Position numbers and translations under genes: made by a program. The notes under the pieces are model-generated. The model did no database searches and was not told the DNA's origin. It saw only the letters and a list, made by a program, of their open reading frames with translations. Source: Camelus ferus (lineage: Eukaryota). From it: a stretch of 64,000 nucleotides of DNA. Of the stretch, positions 1-13,560 are shown piece after piece (position 1 is the first letter of the stretch; each line of letters starts with the position of its first letter). The stretch is from the NCBI RefSeq assembly GCF_009834535.1, contig NC_045697.1:27840001-27904000 (forward strand), read 5' to 3'.

Positions 1-3000
1 ACCAAATCAGGACATAGTCAGAAAAAAAAAGTTATGTAAGTATATTTATATAAGCATTGTAAAACTTTAAATATTAAATCACACTAAACAATCACCTTAA
101 TTGAAAATGGCAAATGAAAAAAAAAAAAAGAAAAAGAAAAGGGCAAATGTCATGAAATTCAAGCTGGTCTTGGAAAATCCAGCTTTGGTACAGTAAGTTG
201 CCAACTGTTTGATGTCCCCAACTCTTGGCCTAAACTGAAGCACCGTCCATACAGCTCTCACTTCCTTTTCCAACCTCTTTTTCCCTGAGTCGTCCGCAGG
301 GTCCATTTGCGGGAACCACAGTGGTCTGTGTATCCCTTCCAGATACACCAGGCTCAGCTCAAATCCCTCCTCCCACAGGAAGCCTTCCATGACCCTCTGA
401 AGCCAAAGTGATACCACTCTTCATCTGGACTACTTTAAAAATATATATATCATCTACTTGCTCATACCATCAGTTATCTTTGCATGAAGATATCTGTCTG
501 GTTTCCATTTTGAATTGAGGAGAGAGACCTTGTAATTACTTAATTCTACCCTTATCTAAGTAGGGGACCAGCAAATATAATAGATTTTTCATTAAATGGT
601 TGGAAAACAGCAGAGTCAGCACTCACACCCAACGGCAGCCCTGACAGTACAAGAGCCAGAGAAGGCACTGGCAAATCCAAGTCTCTTTAGCAACTTGGGC
701 ACAAGCCCCACTGAACGTGGGAAATGGAGAACTGCAGTTACAGAGCGGCGGCGCTGTTAATGTCACCATTAACATCAGTCTAATAAACATGCACCAGCCG
801 TATTTTTGTATAATGTCTGTTTGAATTAATGCTGGGTGTTTCCTTTCCAAGGATTCTTACTATTCTTTCCTCTGGCTGTTTTTTTGATTGGACACTTACC
901 TCAGGTAACCAAATCAGCAGCAGGATGTGGAAATAACATTTGATCTCTGCTTCTGTGGGCTTGGCAAATAGCTGCAGTGTGTTTATGCAATCACAGGCAT
1001 AAGAAATACCACATAGAATTAATTACTTTTTTTTAACTATCATTTTTCTGATTTCCTTGATATGAAACATGACCCAGCGTATATAATGCAAAACCTTTAG
1101 GAAAAATGAGTGTGATATTCCTCCACTTGTTTTCTCACCACTTGATCTCATCTTCATATGACCTTTAAAAAATCTTATTGTTATATTTTTTTCATTTAAT
1201 TGGATCCAAGCAATGATGATAAAGATAATTGGAGAAAGGAAAGTCTTACCTCACACGTAAGCATGAACGTTGCAGTCTTTGACTATATTAATCAGTGTCC
1301 CTCATTTAATCCACAGTCTAACTTTCTCTCCATTCTTATGGAGAACATTTTGAATAAAATTTTAATTATAATAGTCTAAATATAATGTTTAATTATAATA
1401 TTTTTCTTGGAAATTAGACTTTAATAACACTATTTTGAGTAAAGCTTATATTTTCAGGAATATAATTCAGAGATACTAAAGCAATAAGGTATAAAGTGTA
1501 AAAATACAAATCAATACCATATAAATCAGAGCACAGAATCTTTTTATAGATGAATAAACTCAAATCAAAAAAAGTCATTTATTTGGTCAAGGAAATTAGT
1601 TCTTGGAATAAAATAGAATTGTCTATCAAGTATAAAGAGTTGAAACAGGAACTATAAAAAAGATGAAGCTCTTACCCAAATTAGCTTACAAACAAGTACT
1701 GGAGTTCAAGCTAACTAGAAATATAAACTGCAGGGGGAGTTGAGAGAGGAGGTAATTCTACCATAGAAAAGCAATTTTTAAAAGTCTTGGAAGATTTCTT
1801 TTTTAGATTCAAAAAGAAATTTTGAATTATAATTTAAAAAAAATAATGATACAGGAAAGGTTTTCTTTCAAATGAGCTAAAGAAACGTTGCCTTCCTTTT
1901 CTAATTTCTAAAGACTATGGAATAGAAAGATCACTACCTAGAATTGAAATAACATCATCCACAGTGTTGTTAGGGAGGGCATCAGGCATTGTTGGGTCAT
2001 GTGGATCAAATGGTCTAGATTAAATGAACATTTTTTTAAAGGATCTAAATGTCCTAAATGATCTAATGTACTTTCGTTTGAAGTACAGAAGAAAGTAAAG
2101 GGAAATACATTAAGAAATATGATACATTTTGTCATCCAAATGGCACTGCTCACTTGCTAGCACAACCATCTAATCAAAAGCACAAAGTCCTGAGGACCGG
2201 ATTTTGGAAAAGTACTTTCAAAAGCAGCAGAACAGGGAATGCCTTGAGATACTTGGTGAGGGAAAGCAAACTGAGATTCTAACAACAGTATCTCTCCTGA
2301 AACATGGTAAATAAATCCTCATCAAGACCATTCCTGTCACCTCCTGAATCTTGAGACCTTCTTTAAGATGCCCTCATCTTCTCAGGACTAAGTGAAAGAT
2401 AGTGAATTATATTTGAAAAATTTTGCCAAATAAGCAAACATATAAGAAAGGAGAGAAACTTGTGTGAATTCGGGAGAAATCTTCACTTTTCAGACATTCA
2501 TAAAGTATTAAAAGAAATTAGTTTAACATGTCACCATCATCAATTTCTCTTTCTTTTGAATCTTCATCTTTCTTCAGCACCGAAAAGGAAATTGATTAGA
2601 TAAATTATTGTATAGCAAAAATTGTATTCAGTGAGTTTCAAAGTGTTTCCCTCCTTTTTTTAGAAAGTGAATTCCCTCTCCTATGAAGATATTGTGAGTG
2701 CTAGGCAGAATTCTATGTCCAGTGGTACTGACAATTCCTTTTATGATGATCTTCCAAAACTTTAAAAGATATTTCACATAAACCTGCTAAACTTGAGGTG
2801 CTAGAATCCATAACATTCAATAACTATGAGATCCATTTGCAACAATAATGAACAAAATTGAAATAAGTCTAAACAGTTCATGTAAAACTGTTGGCTGGCT
2901 AAAATATTCTGTAAAATGTAATAAACTAAAGATTATACTGATTGGAGCATAAACACAGTGTACACTGTAGATCCATTTTGTCCTTATCATAACCACATAA

Positions 3001-4531
3001 CCTTAAATAGGCAAAAAGCACCCCAAAAGCCCTGTACATAGTTCAAATTTCCCCATATTTCCTTTTATCCCCTCCTGGGAAATACAGTGCCTTCAAGGAA
3101 AGGGGTGGAGGGAGACCGGGACATAATTTAGAGGTATTCACAATCGAAGAAAGCACAAATCAGTGGATTAAAAATTGAACGTATGGCGTGTCTCCTTTGG
3201 TATGAGAACACTTATGAAAACAGATTTAAAAGCAACTAACCAAGGGAAGAAAAACATGGCTAAAAGGGCTGGTAGCTGAGTGGGGGTGGGGATGGGGCGG
3301 GGGACAGAGTCAGGGAGACAAACAGGATGCCAGGAGGTGAGAAATAAGGGTGGGGAGTAGTGGGCAATCTCAAGAGGAACTAACAAGGTCTGTTGCTTAT
3401 AGTTACCCAGAAAACTTTAAGAACAATAAGAGACAAACAAATGTAGCTTCAAGAAACCTGAGAGAAGACAGACCAGCTGGCTGGGATGACACAGCCCCCC
3501 GGTATTGGTGGTGCATGGGGAGGGAAGCTAATCTTCCCCAAATTCACATCCAGTACAACTGCTGACACTTCTGTTTCCCGTTGAATCAACAGATCCTGGC
3601 GAAAGACCACGGGGAGAGGGTGAGTGGACCTTGTGCTCCAGGAAGCATATTTCTATCTCTTGAGAAATAGGAACTTCAGCTCTATTCAGTCCAGTGCGCT
3701 AGGTTTTCTGGTTTTGCTTTGTTTTTTTTTAACTTTTTTTCTTTGGAGTGGCTTTTAAAGTAAATACATGTTATTTTGAGGAGGAATTTCAGTTCCAAGA
3801 ACCTGCACAGATCCAGCTCTTCAAGCAGCAGTTAAAACTCCAGAGTCAACCAAGGAGATGGTCACCCACACCCTTGATCTCACCTCCTAGACCCCCTTCC
3901 TTCCTATCCCCCCAGAACTCACAGGCGCAGAACCACACCTCTGAGGCCACCTTGTAAAACTATGCTTGAGGTCCTACATTTAATTACACACAACGTACAT
4001 ATTTATTTCTTAGCTATTTTAAAAAAAATGCTTATTACAAAAGTAATATATGCCCACTAAAGAAAAAACCACCAAAGAGCATCAAAAAGGAAAAAAAAAA
4101 AACACCCTCACTCTTATCACTTTCATACGACATTATTATGACTTTAGTATTGTCTGCTGTTAGCCACTCTTTTTGAATTATAAGGGCAAGGAAGAATTCT
4201 TTCCAGTTCATATGATCCAACCATATGCTAGTTGTTTTTTCTAGACACATCAGCAAAACTTGTAGAGCATTCGTGAGTGTGGACAGGCTTGCTAGGTTGG
4301 GAAGTTAAGGAATGAAAAGCTGAAGTCTTCCTCCCCAGCGAGTACCAGGGAAACCGGTGCAACTGGGCTTTCGCAGGGAGGGAGACGCATCCCATGTCAC
4401 ACAGCAGGGTTTGGGTGTCAGCATGCAACATACTTGGAATGGGCAGAAAAAGGAAGGCAGCAAGGCCACTGTCCTAGAGCATAATTCACACACCACCTCT
4501 TTGCTGGCTTAGTTATGCAGGGGGAAATTGG

Positions 4532-4597
4532 GTGAGTGTGAGTGTGAGTGTGTGAGTGTGTGTGTGTGTGTGTGTTTGTGTGTGTGTTTGTGTGTGT
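4532..4597. repeat. Interrupted (TG)n microsatellite
   Basis: Directly visible. Confidence 0.95.
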
Positions 4598-6420
4598 ATT
4601 GAGAGATGATGTATGTATATATACATGTATATATGTATTTCTCCCCATGGTACACGCACCATAGTTCCTGCCTCCTGTCCTGCACTACTGGAACTTTCTA
4701 TTAGTTACATTTAATGTCATTTTATATGCTACCATGCAACTCACTTGTTCAGAAGCCTTCCATAGTTTCCCAGCGTCTGCTGGAAAAAGTTACAGCTCCT
4801 CAGTGTCGTATTTTCCCCAAGGCATGGCCTCAGCTGAACTTCCCTAGCCTGCCTTCCACCACTCCTGAGGACCCTGGGCTCCGGGGCCCTCTGCAGACTC
4901 TGAAATGCAGAGTGGAGTCCCCTCTCCCTCCAGCAGTGAAGTTCTAGCACTGTATAACCTCCTCTACAAAGATTTTTGGGGATTTCCTGGCTGATGTGAT
5001 TTATTTTGCAAAATCTGTAAGCGCCTTGAAGATGAAGCCTAAACCCCACAAGAATACTCATAGCTTTCGAATAAATCAATTTACCTGTTTGTCCTTTTAA
5101 CCCTCATATCGTGGTTCTTTTCTAAGTTTTACTCACTATATTCCGCATTGTGTAATAATTAAGCAATTACATATGTTCTCTCATTGCCTTAAACACAGGG
5201 ATCATATACTGTTTCTCGTGTTCCTACACCCATCCCAGATCTATAGTAAATGTTCAACCAATATTTAACGAACTGACTTAAATGCAGGGATTTAAATGCC
5301 AATAAATTTTCCATAACATAGAGGAAAGGGTTGGAAATCTAGAGTAAGCCTCAATCCAAAACAGGATGAAAACTGGGAAGTTCTTTATCTTACTTTGTGG
5401 GTCTCCCCTTCTCTATTCCTTGCCTCCCAGCACTGGATAAATCTAGGTCGTCCCCAGCTTAGAAATAAGTTACAGTCTACATCTTTATATGTGTAGGTCA
5501 TTGATTTTGAAATTATAATTCATTTCCCTTTCAAATGATACTAAAAATAATGTTTAAGATCCCTAAAAAGTTCCCCAAAGCCAAGTTGAACCCTCCATGA
5601 AGCAGAAATACTATATTTGCAATAAAAAGTAGAAAATAAAACTATTGATATATTTCACTGGTAAAATAACCAATAAAAACAACTAAATACAAGTGGTTAT
5701 TTTTAATTTGAATAATCATGATTCAACAAAAGCAGATTTTAACTATAGAAAAGGAGGGTATATCTAATCATTCTCTCCGAGTTGCTGTCATTCACCAGTT
5801 TCTTAGAGATTCTTTCTCCAGGATGGAAGATGTGGCCAGAAGACCTAGGTCTTACTCTTGATTCTCAAGTTTGGCTACAGTTCTGAGTAATTTCAGGATC
5901 CACATGGTACCATGTTTAATACCCCATTCATTCTATTTCTTCGTCTCCTTGTTTTCACCCCACTTCTAGTCTCCCACTCCCATAGGCACACCCTGAACCA
6001 TGCTAACCTTGGGACTGTGTCGCCTGTAAATGTTAAGCTCCCATATCCTCACTCTCTGGCTACTCACCTCCTAACCGTCCAGGTCATTCACTACATTATT
6101 CCCAACACACTCACTCTTCAGCCTATTTGAAATGTCCAGTTCACTGATCCTTCAGCCAGATTTCTAGAGTCTCTTTCGGTTTCAGCTCTCTAACTTAGAT
6201 TCCAAGATCCAATGTTTCAACTATTTTTGTACCACAATCCTTCAATTGCATTGTTCTGCCAAACATAATCCAGAACAATTCCAGTTGTCCTTCTGCTTTA
6301 GAAATGTTGAGAGCTCCTAGGGTAGGGGTGCAGGACACATTTCCAGTTTCACCTTTATTATAATTCTTGGTCACCTAACTCAACCTCAGTACTTCCTGGC
6401 AGTCCTAATTTGGGTGGTTA

Positions 6421-6467
6421 GATGGATGGATGGATGGATGGATGGATGGATGGATGGATGGATGGAT
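6421..6467. repeat. (GATG)n tetranucleotide microsatellite
   Basis: About 11-12 perfect units. Confidence 0.95.
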
Positions 6468-6594
6468 AGAGAGATAATATAGATGAAAACTTGTAGAGAT
6501 ACTAAAGAGAATCTCTGGACCCTTTGTAATGCTTTTGAGATGAGTGGCCTTTAGTCTAGAATTTGTAATTTTACTTCAAAATATATGGCTTTGT

Positions 6595-8220
6595 AATTCT
6601 AAGAAAGAACAAAGTTGGAGGCATCGCAATCCTCGATTTCAAACTATATTACAAAGCTATAGCAATCAAAACAGCACGGTACTGGCATTAAAACAGACAC
6701 ATAGAACAATGGAACAGAATTGAAAGCCCAGAAATAAATCCACACATATATAGTCAAGTAAGTTTTGACAAAGGAGTCAAGAATACTCAGTGGGGAAAGG
6801 GTAGTCTCTTTAATAAAAATGGTATTAGAAAAACTGGATATTTACACACAAAAGAGTAGACTGGACCCCTATTTTACACCACCCCAAAAGTTAACACTAA
6901 ATAATTCAGAGACTTATATGTAAGACCTAAAAAATGTATAACTACTAGAAGAAAACATGAGGAAAAAGCTCCTTGACACTGGTCTTGGTAATGATTTTTT
7001 GGCTATAACACCAAAAGCACAAGCAACAAAAGAAAAAATTAACAAGTGGGATTACATCAAACTAAAAAGCTTCTGCACAGGAATGGAAATGATCAGCAAA
7101 ATGGAAAAGCAACCTATGGAAGGGGAGAAAATATTTGCAAATAATCTGTTTGAGAAGGGCTTAGTATCTAAAATATATAAGGAACTGATACAACTCAATA
7201 GCAAAAAAAAACAAAAACCAACAAACAAAAATGATTTTAAAAATGGGCAAAGTACTTGAATAAATACATTTCCAAAGAGGATATCCAAATGGCCAACTAG
7301 TACATGGAAAAAGTGCTCAACATCACTATCAGGGAAATGCAAATTAAAATCACATTGATATATCACCTCACACCTGTTAAATAGCTATTATCAAAAAGAC
7401 AAGAAATAGTGTTGGTGAGGAGGTGGAGAAAAGGGAACCCTTGTGCGCTGTTGGTGGGAATGTAAATTGGTGCAACCACTGTGGAGAACAGTGTGGAGGT
7501 TTCTCAAAAAACTAAAGACAGAACGACCATATTATTCAGCAATCTCATTTCTAGGTATGTATCCAAAGGAAATGAATCACCATCTCAAGAGATATTTATG
7601 TTCCCAGTTGACTGCAGCATTATTTACAATAGGCAAGGTATGGAAACAATCCACATGTCCATCAATGGATGAACAGGTAAAGAAATGTGAAACACACACA
7701 CACATTGGAATATTATTCAGCCACTAAAAAAGAAGGAAATCCTGCCTTTTGCAATAACATGGAGGGACTTCAAACGCATTGTGCTAAGTGAAATAAGTCA
7801 GACAGAGAAAGACAAATACTGTATGATCTCACTTACGTGTGAAATCTGAAAAAGCCAAACTCATAGGAACAGCAGAATGGTGGCTGCCTGGAGCTGGGAG
7901 GTGGGGGAAATGAGGAGATCTTGATCAAAGGATACAGACTTCCAGCTATAAGATGAATAAGGTCTGGGGATCTAATCTACAGTTATAAACAAACAGTATT
8001 ATATACTTGAAAGTTGTTAAAAGTAGATCTTAAATGTTACTATTACCGAGGGAAAAAAAGGTAATTATGTAAAGAGATAGAGGTGTTTACCTTTATTGTA
8101 GTTACCATTTTGCAATATACATGTGTATTTAATCATCATATTGTACACCTTAAACTTACATATATTATAGCTCAATAATATCTCAATAAAGCTGAAAGAA
8201 AAAAAAGAAGGGGAAAAAAA
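6595..8220 (+). mobile_element. 5'-truncated LINE-1 (ORF2 C-terminal remnants + 3' UTR + A-tail)
   Basis: ORF2-like peptides ([37 protein letters not shown]), AATAAA and A-rich tail. TSD ATATGGCTTTGT at 6583-6594 and 8225-8236. Confidence 0.95.
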
Positions 8221-9429
8221 CCCCATATGGCTTTGTTATCCTTTAATGTAGATGTGTCTGCATTGCTAATAATTTCATGAGCACATGATAGTCTTCTTCC
8301 TCCGTAACTTGGTCCATGATCACATAAGAAGGAGAAATTTTCTGAAGGAGAGATTGGAAAAGCTCTGAAAGAGAGTGGAGGAGGAAAGAGGAATCTCAAG
8401 AGTATGTATTTGTGTATCAGAAAGAGATTGTCTGAAAGGGAAATAACTGATAGAAGCCCTGAAAGAGAAAGTGGAGGTTGGTAGCGGCTTGTGTCCACTA
8501 GGCTCTGAATCAGTCTCAACATAGTGTTACTGTTTAGTTGTCATCCATTAATAAAGTACTTTTGGAACATCTTATATCTGCCAGACACTGTTCTAGCTTG
8601 GGAAACAGGAGTGAAGACAATGTTCCTGCTCTCACAGAGCCCAGGTTCTAATGGGGGAAAATGATAAAAAAAGAAAAAAAAGAACAAGGATGACTAGATG
8701 TTGAATGGAGAAGGGAGGGATATTTTAGATTGTGTGCTCAAGGAAGTCATCCCTGAAGAGGTAATATTTGAGCTAAAAGCAAATGTTGGAAAAAGAGCTA
8801 TCTGGTAGGAAATCTGAAACCTTGCTTTTCCCTCATGACTACAAGATGGTTGCCATAGCTTCAAGCATCACACCTTCACATAACTTCTAAAGCAGGTTTG
8901 GGGGCTTACCCTTAAAAGAGTTTCCTTTCATCAGGAAGAAAAGTATCTCCAATAAGCCCCATCACCCTTCCCTCCATGTCCCCCTGGCCAGAACCAGGTC
9001 ACACATCTACTCTCCAACCAGTCACCAGCAAAAGAGACCGGGACTGCAATGACTGGTTAGGAGCAACAATGCTGAGGCCAGGGAGGGGAATCCTTCCCTG
9101 AGCACATGCTGCCCCAAACCAAAACCAGTCTGGCCTGCTGTCCTCAGAGAACAAGAGTGCAGCAGCTACCACAAGGACCAAGCTCGAGATACTTCATTTA
9201 CCAGGATTTATGGATTTATGCAGTACCTAAGCCTATACCAGGCTCTGTGCTAGGGTTAGGAATAAAAAGGAAGATCTAGGCACCACTTTCACTATCTCAC
9301 TCTACTGTTTAAAAACAGTTAGGGGAACTTCCCTCCTCTTCACTATTTCAAAGGTACAGTTCACGGCCACTTACCACCCTGAAGCCTCCTTGCATCCTTT
9401 TAGCTTGAATGACTTCTTCTCAATTCATA

Positions 9430-10280
9430 GCTCACATTTATTCATTTTACAAATATTCATTGAACACCTGTACCATAGGGATGCAATTTTGCTAAAAAGA
9501 TAAGTTCCCTGACTTCGCAGAGTTTCTATTTCAGTGCCATAGAGTTAAATAGTCAATCACAAGAAAGAATAAAAAGTGTTACAAGAGGTGAAGCATGGGT
9601 GTTATCAGAGCACCAAGAAGGAGGCCTCCACTCTTCCAAAAAAAGAGGTGAGGGATAGTGGTAAGAGAAGATATATTTTGTTGAAAATGTCATTTATGTC
9701 ACCATTTAAAGGAAATGAAAGCAGAGGTCAGGAGTGGGGGAGAAGGCGAGGAGGCTAGTCCACCTAGAAAAATGAGCACGTGCAAAGGGCCAGAGGTGGG
9801 TAAAGAAAAGAAGCTCAGTGTTGCTGGAGGAAAGAGTGGGAGAGGAAAACAGTGAGTGATGTGTCTATAAGGATAGGTGGAGACCAGGTCCACACTGGGA
9901 GAGGGGAGGGGAGGTGCTGGTAAAATCTTGCACTTTATCTGGAGAGAAGTCATTGAAGAGTTTGACGTGTTTTTGAGGTTTGCATTTTAGAAAACGCATT
10001 CTTAATCTTTTGCTCCAACCCCTTACCCACACTTCAGCCACACTGCAAACAGGCTGACCAACGAGACATTGTGGCAATAGGCTGGACCAGGATGGCAGCC
10101 AAGGAGTGGGTGGTGATTGAGGAGGTCCAGGATTCAGTGAATGACAGGACTGTGGCCAGCCATAGAGGGCGAGGAGCTAAGGATGACTTAAGGCAGTTCT
10201 GCTTTAGGCTCCCAGAGGGATGGTGGTGTCCTTTATTGGATGAAGTCCTTTCTGTACAAGTTGTGTTTGAGCTGCCTCCC
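9430..10280 (-). mobile_element. L2 LINE fragments
   Basis: ttcattttacaaatattcattgaacacc tail and purine-rich L2 body. Similar L2 pieces at ~8540-8810, 40640-40810, 49300-50200 and 62230-62400. Confidence 0.6.
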
Positions 10281-11199
10281 ACAGGGCACTGAACAGAGCA
10301 TGTTTATTAATTAACCTCTTTTATGACTTTTCTCTTCCCTCCCCCACCCGTTCGTTATCAAAGCCACTCCCTACTTATCTGGAATCACACTTTTCTCACA
10401 GAGACCTACTTCACTCTTCTCCTTTGGGTCCACACCCACATGAAAATTTAAAAAAAAAAAAAAACCCGTAATTTATGTGCTTCATCACTCTATGTCCCTT
10501 GAGTGAAGCCTGTTATTTTTTGAGCCCCCAGTATGAGCCAGGCACCGAAATGCAAAACAATTCCATCAGTCATCGCTAATGTTTTTTCCGTGAATACAAA
10601 TCTAAGGCATCCAATCAAACATTTAATGGTGTCAGTGATCAATGAGTTGCAATTAGTAACTGACACGAACCCAACTTTTTCCCTCGCACCCGTCTTTATT
10701 CATTCAAAAAAATCTCCATCCCTTTATATCATTTTAAAGATTAATCTTGTGAGACCTAAGATGGCACATGAAGTGGTGGAGTCAGGTCTGGGTGTTCTCC
10801 ACGTGGTCTTTTATGTATATATGCATGTTTCACAATAAGCAATTTCACGACTTGAGGTTACCCGGTACTAATTTTACAATACTGAGTGACATGAAGGGGC
10901 TCGGAATATACTATATCTCTTCGTTTTAAGTAGTACCATGCCTGGACGAAGCACCAAAGTGAGGATGGTGAACTTAAAGGGCCTTTAAAACATCTTGAAG
11001 CAATAACAAGCTATAGACAAGCAGGGGCGTTTTCCAACATTACACAGGACTAAAACAATTGAACCAATTTGTCCTTTGTTCTTTTTATTGCATTCTTTAT
11101 TACATTAATACTGTAAAAAGAAATTCAAAAAGCATTAAACTCGGGTACCAAGCTATACAAAGTCCTCCCAGGGGCCTGGATGGGGCAAAAAGCGAGTTT

Positions 11200-13560
11200 C
11201 CTCCCGGCTGTGAGAGCTGTGACGGCCACCGAGGACGCTCGCGCTTGGTCCCAGGGAAGCGACACGAAACGAAGAGGTCGCTAGGCCGAGCCCTCAGCTC
11301 GCCCCGAGTTCTCCCTCCGGGCGGGAGGATCCCGACCGAAGTTTGCCAAGTTTTCCGGCCGGCCGGGCTGAGCAGATGCAGCTGCTCCCGGTCGCCTTGC
11401 CGCTCCAGCGGCGGCCCGGCCCGTGGGAAGTTTGCTCGGGGGCCTCCTGGCCTTCAAAGAAAAGTCCCGGGAGGCGGGTGAGCCACCGGCCAGGCCATCC
11501 CCACCTGGGACGGGCGACAAGGGGGCCTCGGGGCACAAAGAAAGAGCGATACAGGATGGCGAATGGCCTTGGAAACTCGGGACCATTTTAGGGTTTGTCC
11601 CCCCAGCTGTCATCCCCCTACCCCGATTTTCTTTCTCTCCCGAATTCGCCCGGGTCCACCCACTCCTGCCCCAGCGGTGCCTTTTCTGCTTTTTCTTTAA
11701 GAGTTGTCTGCACTGGGCCCAGGAGGGGCCGCGCTGGCCGCCGGGCCCAGCCCTTCCCGCCGCGCCCGGAGCCGCCCTTCCCGCCGGAGTCGGCTGATTG
11801 ATGGCCCCGGCCGGCCCGGGTCCCCCGCCCCAGCTCGCCCGCGAGCCCGGCTGTGTGTTTTGGAAGCGGCGCAGCGGGCTGCAGCCCTGTGACGCCCCGA
11901 GCGGCCAGCGCCGCCCTTCCTTCCCCCCGGGCTCGGGCGGCGGCGGCGGCGGGTCCGGGCCAGGCGGGGCCGAGGGCTCCCGGGCGGAGGGCGGAGGGCG
12001 CCGGGCGGAGGGCGCCGGGAGGGGTAGCGGGTGGGGACTCCGGGGCAGAGCGGGGGGCGATGGGCGGGGGCTCCGGGGCGGGGGCCGCGCCGCGCACGCC
12101 CAGCCCCACGGCCGCACCGCGCCTCGCGGGACAGGTTGGGCCGGCGGGGCGGCGCCCGGCTCCGGGGAATAATGAGTGTCTGTCAGGCCGTCCCCGGGTG
12201 ACTGGGCGGGGCGGGGCGGAGGCGGCGCGGGAGGCGGGGGTGGCGGGGGAAGGGCTCAGGGCGGGGTGCGTGTTTGCGCGAGTGACTCGGCCGACCCCTC
12301 CGGCGGCTGCCTCCACCCAAGTGGGTGGGGACCCGCCCAGCCCGGGCGGCCGCGGCGGCTCCCTCTCCCCTCCCTGACCCTCCCACCCCGGGTCCCAGCC
12401 TCTACTTACCCCGCCAGCCCCGGGAGGCTCGCAGAGCGAGCGGCGCCGGCGTCATGTGACTGCCCGGAGTTGGTGCCAGGAGCCAGAGGGGAGCCAGGAG
12501 CGGAGCCGCGCGGAGCCGGGGCCCGAGCCGGAGCGCAGCGCGAGCGCCCGCCGAGCCGAGCCGCACGCGCGCCCGTTCCCGTCCCCTGCGGCCGCCACCG
12601 CCAACGCCACCCGGACCGGAGCGCTGACACCACTGCATCCGCGGGGTTCCAGGCAGCCCGGATCCGGGCCTTTATTTCTTGCCTGCAGCGGTCAGCACCG
12701 CGCCTCGAAAAGTAAGTCCCCTCTCCCTCACCTTTCCTTCTCGCCTCAAGTCTTGTTGCCCCCCTTGTTGGCTCGTCGGATTTCCCTTTTTTTCCACGGT
12801 GGGGGCGCGCAGTAAATGGGTTGGGGGTGCAGCGGGGAGGTTGGGGCGCCCGTGGGCTTGGGAAAGTGCAACAGCTCCTCGGAGCCGGGGGGTGGGGGTG
12901 GAGAAGAGGAGAGGGGGAGGGGGGCCTTGGGTTCAGCGGTGGAAAGTGTGGGATTGGGGAGAGTCACCGTGCGGCTCCGCGGGCGCGGGGAAGCCAGGCC
13001 GGCGGCGCCCGCCGCGGCCCGGGATAGGACGCGGGCGGGGGCTCACCTGTGTGGTCCCCTGACCGCCACCCGCCCGCCCGCTTGCTATTCCCTCCAAAGC
13101 CCAGAAATCTCAGAGCTCTCCGCGTGTGGCAACGTTGTTTGGAGAAAGGTAGCGCCGAGGCCGCGCGCTCCTGCTCCTCCCCCTCCTGGTCCCCCACCCC
13201 CCGCGCCCTCCTCCTCCCCGCCCTCCGCCGGCGCCCCCCGCCGCCCCCCTCCTCGAACGGGGCGCGCTGTCGCTCACCCGCCGCCCGAGCAAACTTGGAG
13301 CAGCCTCGCGGGCCTTCTGGGAAGAAACTTGGGGCAACTGGGAGTGGAGGCAGCATCCAGTTCTTGGTCCTGGAGGCCAGGAGCAGGCAGGGCGTCTGGA
13401 TCCTCGGGGGCAGGAGAAGGAGCTGGCGGGGTTTGGAGAGTCCTCCTCGGGGGCACGGAGAGAACCTGCTGCAGTGTCTGGAGCGAGAATTGCAGCGTGG
13501 CTGGAGGCGGAGAACGCCTTAGGCGACTGCCTGCAGTGTTAGGGACCCGAGCGGGGTGGG
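11200..13560. promoter_or_regulatory. KLF3: CpG island promoter of KLF3 with many GC boxes/CACCC boxes
   Basis: Very GC- and CpG-rich against AT-rich flanks. Repeated GGGCGG/GGGCGGAG motifs at 11930-12270. Contains the exon 1 donor. Confidence 0.93.
12430..12711 (+). other. KLF3: KLF3 non-coding exon 1 (5' UTR); start approximate
   Basis: Strong donor AAA|GTAAGT (GT at 12712) inside the CpG island, upstream of the ATG exon. The TSS cannot be fixed from sequence alone. Confidence 0.75.

Noticed and set aside
6957..7727. ORFs of 94-104 aa
   Set aside because: They are frameshifted L1 ORF2 remnants and their antisense frames, not genes.
12679..12711. In-frame TTG that could extend the KLF3 N-terminus by 24 aa
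   Set aside because: It is a near-cognate codon in poor context with no supporting evidence.
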